A stretch of DNA of 64,000 nt. Source: a virus. Position numbers and translations under genes: made by a program. Location: IMG/VR virus record IMGVR_UViG_3300027741_000001. One strand, written 5' to 3'. The notes beneath the pieces are model-generated. The model was not told where the DNA came from and did not search any database. It was given only the letters and a program-made list of their open reading frames with translations. Shown piece by piece: positions 53,413 to 61,379 of this stretch; within the stretch, counting starts at the first letter, position 1, and every line of letters starts with the position of its first letter.

Positions 53413-53751
53413 ATGCGAGATAAACGTACCGGTGAATGCCTATGGTTTGAATGGTCTGGAGATGGGTTTAATACCTCCAGACCTTCTTCAATCATATTTT
53501 TTACCTACGATCACGTAGATCTCGATATAGACCTAATTAAACGAGCACTGGCCTCGGCTCTTCAAAGAGATGGAATTGTTATATCTCTTGGAGAGGGATA
53601 CAAAGCTGTCGAGAGAGGTCATATTTCATTTGGATATGTCGGAGAAATAGATGAAGAGATATATCCAACCGTATGCACCGAACAAGGAGAAACTAAGTAC
53701 GGAAACCTGGCAGCCAATCCAGAACCCGTTACTTGGGTTGAAATAATATGA
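53413..53751 (+). CDS. hypothetical protein
   Basis: 112-aa ORF overlapping the WhiB start. Confidence 0.7.
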   Translation: MRDKRTGECLWFEWSGDGFNTSRPSSIIFFTYDHVDLDIDLIKRALASALQRDGIVISLGEGYKAVERGHISFGYVGEIDEEIYPTVCTEQGETKYGNLAANPEPVTWVEII

Positions 53752-54293
53752 CAAACTGGAAACCTAGTAATGGATTTGACTGGCAAGAAGAAGCCGAATG
53801 CGCTAAAAAAATAAACAGAGACGTGGACTTCTTTTCTCATAAAAATGAAGATAGGATGAAAGCTAAAAATCTTTGCTTTATTTGTCCTGTTAGAAAGCAA
53901 TGCGTAAAGTCAGCTTTAGAAAATATGGAAATTTGGGGGATCTGGGGAGGACATGATGAATATGAAATTAGACGAACTCTTTCAGTAAATATAGATAAAG
54001 CTGAAACCAGATACGATCGATTCCCAAAATGTTTATATTGCGGAGCTAAGACTAAGTTTCTTCGCCCATTAATTGCAGAAAATCCAGAAGGTGGACGTTG
54101 GGCCACAGTACGTTTAGTAAATTGTACAATGTGTGATTTTACTTGGAGAAGTAGAACAAGCGTAAACGCAGTAAATGCTTACTTCAAACTCACAGCAGAC
54201 AAGCAAGAAGAGTTTGACACTCAAGAAGAATTAAACGAAGAGCTTGAAGCAAGCGGAGTTGATCTTAACGAGTTGGAAGAAGATCTGGATTAA
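53748..54293 (+). CDS. whiB: WhiB-family factor fused to zinc ribbon and acidic tail
   Basis: WQEEAEC...AKNLCFICPVRKQC...GIWGG; CLYC...CTMC. Confidence 0.88.
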   Translation: MTNWKPSNGFDWQEEAECAKKINRDVDFFSHKNEDRMKAKNLCFICPVRKQCVKSALENMEIWGIWGGHDEYEIRRTLSVNIDKAETRYDRFPKCLYCGAKTKFLRPLIAENPEGGRWATVRLVNCTMCDFTWRSRTSVNAVNAYFKLTADKQEEFDTQEELNEELEASGVDLNELEEDLD

Positions 54294-55509
54294 CAGCTAG
54301 AACACTTATGTGCTCTCGAGGTTCGTAATCTCCACCCATAACCAATGTCAACAAGCCAGGCTTAGATTCAAGACCGGCACGATCACGGAACCATTCAGAT
54401 CCTGGATCAGTTGTAGGACACTGTAGCCACAAACGTTGACCAATATCTACTGATTTAAAGTTGTGGAAGTGTCCAGAGATCCAAACGTCTGCTAGACCTA
54501 AAGCAGTTTGACCTGCTGCCTGTCCAGATAGATACTTCATAATATCTCTTCCAGCCTGATGCCCATGGAATAAGCCAAGCATTGCTCCATTAATATCAAT
54601 TGTTAAAGTTTGATGTCCAGAAGACGGGTATCTAAACTCAACATGTTGTAGTGCTGGATTTTCTGCACAAGCATCTTGAACTGCTGATGCAATTTCTACG
54701 TTCCAGCCATCAGCGGGATCGGCAGCTACCTGACGAGTTACCTCGTCGTGGTTTCCATTGATGACCGGAACAACTATACGCTCCGCATACGGAGCAAAAG
54801 CTTTAATCTGCGCCATAAGCAAACGACGTGCAACACGAACTTGTTCAGTAAGACCTAGGTCAGATGCTGCTTGACCTTGCAAACGTCCATTTTGACTTGT
54901 AAGACCTTCAACGTGATCTCCCGGAAGTGCTAGAACTATTGTTCCTAAGTTTAGTCCAATCTTTTTAAGATCTTTAAACCTACTTACCGATGCTTCAGTT
55001 AAATACAAAATACGATCGATTGACTGCTGGGTACCTTGACCATTAGCTTTTTTACCAATCTGCTGATCGCTAGGGGCTACAACAAAAGCACCCTCACCGG
55101 TAGCAACTTTGATACCGCGTTCTGGACGCCATTTTTTAATTTCATCAATAAGAGCTTCGGCGTCTAGAGCATCAGCAATAGCTAATCCAGCTGGAGTAAC
55201 GTTTACACGAACCGATTCCAACCATTCACCATGATACGTTTGCCAACGAGAACGACGTAAAGAGGTTACTGTCCAAGAGTTTGGGTCAAGATCAAAGTCC
55301 TTGAGCACGTCTGCTGTGTCAGGAATCTCACCGACCGGATGCGGCTTAGATACAACAAAACCACCCTTGGAGTCGTCAAGATCCAAACGTGGTCGCCAAT
55401 CTTCTGGAGTGTTGAGTGTTTTAATATCTGAACCACTAACTCCAGGACTTGCTAGAGTTTCTAATTTATCTGAAATTCCCATTAGGCTACCTTCCTGTAG
55501 CAACCGCAA
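54265..55509 (-). CDS. calcineurin-like metallophosphoesterase (Mre11-like)
   Basis: SDQQ, GDHVE, GNHD, HGH, GHFH; likely true start MGISDK near 55482. Confidence 0.88.
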   Translation of the reverse strand: MRLLQEGSLMGISDKLETLASPGVSGSDIKTLNTPEDWRPRLDLDDSKGGFVVSKPHPVGEIPDTADVLKDFDLDPNSWTVTSLRRSRWQTYHGEWLESVRVNVTPAGLAIADALDAEALIDEIKKWRPERGIKVATGEGAFVVAPSDQQIGKKANGQGTQQSIDRILYLTEASVSRFKDLKKIGLNLGTIVLALPGDHVEGLTSQNGRLQGQAASDLGLTEQVRVARRLLMAQIKAFAPYAERIVVPVINGNHDEVTRQVAADPADGWNVEIASAVQDACAENPALQHVEFRYPSSGHQTLTIDINGAMLGLFHGHQAGRDIMKYLSGQAAGQTALGLADVWISGHFHNFKSVDIGQRLWLQCPTTDPGSEWFRDRAGLESKPGLLTLVMGGDYEPREHISVLAVNPDLLPTR

Positions 55510-55745
55510 TCTTTGCGGCGATGACGATCAACTGAGCTGTCTGAAAGATCAAATCCTTCATCACGAAGAACTCTTCCTATATCCACATTAGATATTCTAC
55601 GAGGATCTCCCTCGGGCACAGATAAAGCATCAATCAAATAATTACGATCTTTTTCAGGCAAAACAGTTCCAGTAAGCAAAGCTCCTAGTTTACATTTAGA
55701 TCCTGATTTTTTTGAAACTTCGGCTAGTTTATCCGATAGAGACAT
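55482..55745 (-). CDS. small Zn/HTH-like protein
   Basis: CK...SVDRHRRKDCGC. Confidence 0.75.
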   Translation of the reverse strand: MSLSDKLAEVSKKSGSKCKLGALLTGTVLPEKDRNYLIDALSVPEGDPRRISNVDIGRVLRDEGFDLSDSSVDRHRRKDCGCYRKVA

Positions 55746-55813
55746 ATAGTACTCCTTAGTGTGTCATGTATGTCTTTTTAATACTAGCGTCTTTTTACTA
55801 TTTTTATAGCAAA

Positions 55814-56143
55814 TTAAACAACTTTTTTTAGTCTAGTTTTCTTAACAGGGGCAGACTTGGATGACGCGCCCAAAACAAAATCTTTAATTAATCCGACTTC
55901 AGCTTGAGTTTTTACAACATGAAGTTCAATAGTGTTGACCCTATCAGCCAATGAACTACCACCATTTTCCCACAGCTGATGCTCTACCCGGTCCAGTCTT
56001 TCAGAAATTGTGCGCCCTTGAGAGTCTAAACCGATAGATTTTTGAATTTTGTGTGCTAATCTGTAGATAGCTGCAATTCCGCCGACAATGACGCCAACTG
56101 CTGCTACCACAGCTGATACAGTAAAAACTTGATCGATGATCAA
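55814..56143 (-). CDS. membrane-anchored protein
   Basis: N-terminal TM; NGGSSLADRV motif. Confidence 0.7.
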   Translation of the reverse strand: MIIDQVFTVSAVVAAVGVIVGGIAAIYRLAHKIQKSIGLDSQGRTISERLDRVEHQLWENGGSSLADRVNTIELHVVKTQAEVGLIKDFVLGASSKSAPVKKTRLKKVV

Positions 56144-56355
56144 AATAATGCCTTAATTGATGACGGATATTATGTGTATAATTGTACCCTACCCTTTAAT
56201 TGGCGATTAGCCCTAGACGTGCTACGCTTTCTTCTCTAAAAGTAATTAAAATTACATTTCAACTTGAATTTTTCACGTCTTTGCTGTATCGTTTTTGATA
56301 CAGCTCCTATTGAGAGGCTTTTTATGCAACGACAATTTACGGCAGGTAACTAACT

Positions 56356-58956
56356 ATGACTCAACCTGAATCTACTCACATTGAGAAATTATCTAAAGCA
56401 TCCGTCTGGTATGCCCAACAAGGCTGGAAGATCCTACCTTGCCACGGTATTGATGATGGAGGTCGCTGTACCTGTAACGGTATTCACGGTGAACCTAAAG
56501 ATGTAGGTAAGCACCCAGCCATCGGTGAGTGGAACGCACGTGCTACCGATGATCAGCTAGTTATTCATAACTGGTGGAGCACTTCCCCTATCAACAACAT
56601 TGGTGTGTTTTGCCAACCATCTGGATTTATAGTCATTGATATTGACCCTAGATCCGGTGGTATTGAATCATTTGAGAAACTAGATGAACTTTTAGATGGT
56701 GCATTACCAAACACTGTAGAAGCACTTACTGGAAGATATACATATAACGGTAAAGCTGAACGTGGACGTCACTTATTTTTTAAAGTAGATAATTCAGAAC
56801 AGTTTGTAGGTAATTTAAAAGCTAGCGGTTTAAATGGTATTGACATCAAGCACAATGGGTATGTGATGCTTGCACCTAGCCGCCACGGATCTGGAGTCAA
56901 CTATGAATGGAAGCCAGGACATGCCCCATGGGAAATTGAAATGGCAAATGCCCCGGAAGCTTTACTAGAGGTTATTCGTAAAAAGAATCGCAAGTCTGGA
57001 TCGTCCCACGCTGATGGTGACTGGAGTTGGATGGGTGACCTTGACTATAAAGGTGATCGGGTTGATATTGCAAAAATTCTTGAAGAAGGAATTGATGAAG
57101 GATCACGTGCTGTAGATATCTACAAGCTTGCATGTGCACTATCAAACAAGTATGGAGTAGAGACTCCCGAAAAGCGTTTGATGATCGAGACTTTGATGAT
57201 CCGATTCAACTACGAAAAAGTACGTCCACCAATGGAACTCGAGGGCGTTAACTCACTTCTTATGCACGTTCGCCGTGCAATGGACTTTGTTGCTGAAAAT
57301 CCTATTACAGAAAAGATTTGGCCTGGACTACAAGACTGGGCAAAAAAGTCTCAAGAAGAATCTAGATCTGCTAAATCAAAAACAGATTCTGAACCAAGTC
57401 CAACAGCCCAATCTCAATTTGGAACTGTAGGACACTCGATTTCTGAGGCGGCCCATAACGGTGTATCTATTTCAGATGCATTTAGTAGCGGTAACGTAGA
57501 TGTCCCAAAGAACGTTGATGCTATCTCAGAAGCCGAGGGTGGAAAACCTGGAAGCAGATCTTTATCTGATATTGGTAACGGACGTCGACTAGTTGATTCA
57601 TTTGGATCATCAGTTCGTTATACCCCAGGAATTGGTTGGTTTATTTGGGACGGTCAGTATTGGAAACCAGATGCCGAAGATCTTGGAATGAAAGAACTAG
57701 CTAAACACTTACCAACTGTTATTACTACTGAAGTGGTTAATTACACTGACGAAGATAAACGTGGGGAAGTAATTAAGTGGGCTAACCAAGTTAGATCAAA
57801 CAGTAGATTAAATGCTGCCATTGAAAGTGCTAATTCTGACGCTAGAGTAATTACCTCCGTTGAATCCTGGGACGGCGATGAATATCTTCTTGGTGTACTG
57901 AATGGTGTAATTAACCTAAAAACAGGTGAGCTAATGAAAGGTCGTCCAGATCTCCATATTACTAAGCGTATTCCATTGTCTTACACTCCCGGAATGCGTA
58001 ATATCCGTTGGGAGCAATTTATTGACTTTGCTACCGGTGCAGATAAAGAACTTCAAGACTGGCTTCAGCGTGCAGTTGGTTACACACTAACTGGTTTAAA
58101 TAATCAAGACCTTATGTTCCTGGTCTACGGTCCATCAGGATCTGGTAAAAACACATTTGTGGAAGCCATTGTTAAGGCTCTTGGTACCCAGCAATATGCA
58201 TGGCCTTTAGACTCAAGCATTCTTGCCGATACAGGTGCTAGCACTAGCAGTACAGATATGTACCACTGGGCTGAGTTGCGTGGTCGCAGAATGGTTTGGG
58301 TAGACGAGCTTCCAGAATCTGAACGTCTAAAAGAGAATGCTGTTAAGAAACTTACCGGTTCATCTGAAATCTCAGCACGTTCCCCCGGTGAAAAACCATT
58401 CACATTTAAAGCTCAAGCCAAGCTGTGGATTACAACTAATCACCGCCCAATGATCAATGATGATGCTATGTGGCGTCGTATTAGACCTATTCCATGGAGT
58501 AACGTGCCTGAGTCCCCAGACCCAGACCTAAAAGCCTATCTATTTGACCCTGAAGGCGGTCTACCGGCTGTTTTAGCCTGGGCTGTAGAGGGAGCTATAA
58601 AATACCTAGGATCGTCTGCTAGAGACCCTTTAGGGTGGTGTACGGCCGTTTCTGAGGCAGCCGAGATCTATCGTAAGAATGAAGATCGCATTGGCATGTT
58701 TTTGAATGAAGAAACTCGTGAAAACGATGGTGCTTCAGTACTTGTAAAGCAGATGTATTCGATCTATCGTATGTGGTCAGATGAACGTGGTGAGCGTCCA
58801 CTTACTCAGATCGCATTTCATAGAAAGCTTTCAGACAGAGGTCTACAGATTATAGGCCAAGGATCTAAAGCTGAAATTAAGAATAGAACTCTGGCTCCTA
58901 GAGCTGTAGAATCCAAAGAAATAGATTGGAATGTTGCGGTACGTCTAGCCCATTAA
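56356..58956 (+). CDS. bifunctional primase/polymerase fused to D5-type SF3 helicase
   Basis: VIDIDPR.GG, GRHLFF, GPSGSGKN, VDE, WRRI. Confidence 0.94.
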   Translation: MTQPESTHIEKLSKASVWYAQQGWKILPCHGIDDGGRCTCNGIHGEPKDVGKHPAIGEWNARATDDQLVIHNWWSTSPINNIGVFCQPSGFIVIDIDPRSGGIESFEKLDELLDGALPNTVEALTGRYTYNGKAERGRHLFFKVDNSEQFVGNLKASGLNGIDIKHNGYVMLAPSRHGSGVNYEWKPGHAPWEIEMANAPEALLEVIRKKNRKSGSSHADGDWSWMGDLDYKGDRVDIAKILEEGIDEGSRAVDIYKLACALSNKYGVETPEKRLMIETLMIRFNYEKVRPPMELEGVNSLLMHVRRAMDFVAENPITEKIWPGLQDWAKKSQEESRSAKSKTDSEPSPTAQSQFGTVGHSISEAAHNGVSISDAFSSGNVDVPKNVDAISEAEGGKPGSRSLSDIGNGRRLVDSFGSSVRYTPGIGWFIWDGQYWKPDAEDLGMKELAKHLPTVITTEVVNYTDEDKRGEVIKWANQVRSNSRLNAAIESANSDARVITSVESWDGDEYLLGVLNGVINLKTGELMKGRPDLHITKRIPLSYTPGMRNIRWEQFIDFATGADKELQDWLQRAVGYTLTGLNNQDLMFLVYGPSGSGKNTFVEAIVKALGTQQYAWPLDSSILADTGASTSSTDMYHWAELRGRRMVWVDELPESERLKENAVKKLTGSSEISARSPGEKPFTFKAQAKLWITTNHRPMINDDAMWRRIRPIPWSNVPESPDPDLKAYLFDPEGGLPAVLAWAVEGAIKYLGSSARDPLGWCTAVSEAAEIYRKNEDRIGMFLNEETRENDGASVLVKQMYSIYRMWSDERGERPLTQIAFHRKLSDRGLQIIGQGSKAEIKNRTLAPRAVESKEIDWNVAVRLAH

Positions 58957-59005
58957 TGTGGTATAGGATGTAACTGTGTCTTGGGATCTATTCGGGAGAA
59001 GGACA

Positions 59006-59033
59006 TGGAAGGGGTCTAAAAAGACCCCTTCCT
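59006..59033 (+). terminator. stem-loop
   Basis: GGAAGGGGTC/GACCCCTTCC. Confidence 0.55.
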
Positions 59034-59052
59034 CTAATAATCAAGGAGTTTT

Positions 59053-59781
59053 ATGTTAATTGCAATTGCTACCCCTATGTTTGGTGGTATGTGTCACGCT
59101 GGGTACATGCATAGTGTTCTACCGTTATCTTTTACACTTGCCGGCATGGGTGATTCTATGTTTTATCCGGTAATAATTAACGAAAGTATCATATGTAGAG
59201 GTAGAGATGCTTTAGTCCACGATATGCTTCAAAACAAAGAAGCCGACGGAATTTTATTTATTGATGCAGATACTGGCTTTGATCCTATTGCAGTTGCAGA
59301 TATGGTACATTCAGGAAAAGATTTTATTGGAGCAATTTACCCTAAAAAAGCCATTAACTGGGATCAGGTAAGAGAAGCTGCATTAAATGGTGAAAAAAAT
59401 CTTGAAAAATATACAGGATTTTTTACTGGAGCAGTTGCACCGAATACAGAAATAAAAATTAGCGAACCATTGGAAGTTAGCAGAATAGGAACTGGACTTG
59501 TCTACATTAGTAGAAAAGTTTTTGAAGAGCTAGCTCCAAGCTGTAGAACATATAAAGATGTCACTCAAATTAACGGTAAACAAGTTGAAAGAGAAGTTAC
59601 TCAATTTTTTGATACGCAATTTGACGATGAAGGCCAACTTTTAGGTGAAGACTATTACTTTTGTGAGAGATGGAAATCTATCGGTGGAAAAATTTATGCT
59701 GCCCCGTGGGTAGATACTACTCATTATGGAACTTACGGATTCTCTGGAAGCTTTGCTCAAACGATTATGAAGAGAGATTAA
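59053..59781 (+). CDS. GT-A fold glycosyltransferase-like protein
   Basis: IATPMFGG, FIDAD, GTG, GEDYYFC. Confidence 0.8.
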   Translation: MLIAIATPMFGGMCHAGYMHSVLPLSFTLAGMGDSMFYPVIINESIICRGRDALVHDMLQNKEADGILFIDADTGFDPIAVADMVHSGKDFIGAIYPKKAINWDQVREAALNGEKNLEKYTGFFTGAVAPNTEIKISEPLEVSRIGTGLVYISRKVFEELAPSCRTYKDVTQINGKQVEREVTQFFDTQFDDEGQLLGEDYYFCERWKSIGGKIYAAPWVDTTHYGTYGFSGSFAQTIMKRD

Positions 59782-60434
59782 TCTAAAGAGTCGTAAATAT
59801 TTTTAACTGTAGTGGCGTACCATTTCCCTCCATTTTGGGTTGGTACGCCATTATTGTTTAATCGTCTAGCTATTTCGTGAAATGAAAGACCAGAATCTTT
59901 CTGTTTTCTAATTAGATCTTTTACTTCATTAGAAGTTTTATTTTTAGGTCCCATATCAACACCCCATTTAATACCTCGGGCCCGTCGATCTTTATGGACG
60001 TCCTTTTGACGCTCTGCAATAATTCCACGTTCCATCTCTGCCAGGGCAGACATAATTGTAACCACAAACCGTCCTTGATAGCTAGCTGTGTCTAGATTTA
60101 AATCAAGCATTACTAGACGCCATTTGTTAGCATTGGCTCGGTCTATGATGCTCAGGAAGTCCTTCGTAGAGCGGGCTAGGCGGTCGATACGCGTCACAAA
60201 CAGGGCTGAAGCAGTCCCAGTATCCAAACGTTTTAAAGCGCCTGTAAGAGCCGGACGGCCCGTAATTGACTTACCTGAGCGACCCTCCTCACGGACAAGT
60301 TCAAACTCTGTGTACCCAGCTAGTTCAGCAGCTTGACGTAGCTGACGTTCTTGAACATCTAATGAAACTCCGTCACTTACCTGCAGTTGAGTAGATACAC
60401 GAGCATACAAAAGAGCTATTCCTTGATCAGACAC
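59778..60434 (-). CDS. serine recombinase (resolvase type)
   Basis: YARVST, SG, DRLARS; short C-terminal recombinase HTH. Confidence 0.93.
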   Translation of the reverse strand: MSDQGIALLYARVSTQLQVSDGVSLDVQERQLRQAAELAGYTEFELVREEGRSGKSITGRPALTGALKRLDTGTASALFVTRIDRLARSTKDFLSIIDRANANKWRLVMLDLNLDTASYQGRFVVTIMSALAEMERGIIAERQKDVHKDRRARGIKWGVDMGPKNKTSNEVKDLIRKQKDSGLSFHEIARRLNNNGVPTQNGGKWYATTVKNIYDSLD

Positions 60435-60976
60435 TCAAGCTCCAAAAGTTTTTCAATTTTGTCATAGAAATTTTCTATAGTGCTGTCATTACTAAGAACA
60501 GCATTAAAATTATAATCATTCAATTCTTTTTCGGATATGTGATTGTTTGGAGCAAGAAGTCCAGGTCTGTTTACTCTCCACATGGACCCCCCGTGAAACA
60601 TCACAGCCTCCGCTTCATTAGTAAATCTGCAGTCTGAAAATACAACCTTATCATGTTGCTCAGCTTTTTTAAAAGCTTGATCCACCCAAAAATCTTTACC
60701 AAAAATATTACGTCCCACTTCAGTACCCATTTTTTGGATAAGCTCTCTTACTTCAGGATTATCTTCTTTAGCTCTATCCCAACCACCAAGCCTGACCAAT
60801 GTTGATAATTTTATGGAAGATATGCCAAACGCTACGCTTGGATCTAATGCAAGTAGTGCTTCCCTCATTGGATCAGCAAAAGATACCCGCGTAAATCCAT
60901 GATTTTTAACTAGATACTCAGCGGCAGTATCTTTTCCAGATCTAGCCAATCCAGATATTCCAATAAATTTAGTCAT
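60416..60976 (-). CDS. deoxynucleoside monophosphate kinase
   Basis: GLARSGKDT, FADP, Q.MGTE.GR, DCRF.NE, HISE. Confidence 0.92.
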   Translation of the reverse strand: MTKFIGISGLARSGKDTAAEYLVKNHGFTRVSFADPMREALLALDPSVAFGISSIKLSTLVRLGGWDRAKEDNPEVRELIQKMGTEVGRNIFGKDFWVDQAFKKAEQHDKVVFSDCRFTNEAEAVMFHGGSMWRVNRPGLLAPNNHISEKELNDYNFNAVLSNDSTIENFYDKIEKLLELECLIKE

Positions 60977-61082
60977 TTTGTCTCCTATCTATATAGTAAC
61001 TTTATACAGAAATACTAACACAATGCAGTTTGACACACATGGGATAATAGATTAGTAGTAATTGCAGACCGTAAGGCCCCGA

Positions 61083-61232
61083 GTGAAACAGAATAACAAA
61101 CAGGATCCATATCAGTGCAGTAAATGCAAACAAGTATTTGTTGTGATGAAATTGGCTAGATGTTGTGAATTAAAACATCAAGGTATTGTATTTGTTAGAG
61201 ATCCTAGACAAGAACCTAGACCTAAAAATTAA
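61083..61232 (+). CDS. small C2H2-like zinc-finger protein
   Basis: MKQNNKQDPYQCSKCKQVFVVMKLARCCELKH..., read manually. Confidence 0.55.
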   Translation: MKQNNKQDPYQCSKCKQVFVVMKLARCCELKHQGIVFVRDPRQEPRPKN

Positions 61233-61379
61233 ATTTATCTAGATAATAAATCTTGAAATGCTTCATTATAGGTCGAGTAGCAAGCAACTTCTAAATTAGT
61301 AAGTTTATTGTAGACAATAAATTCATCTATCTCATCAGTAGTTATTTTTAAAATTACAAACATTATTTATTTTCCAATC

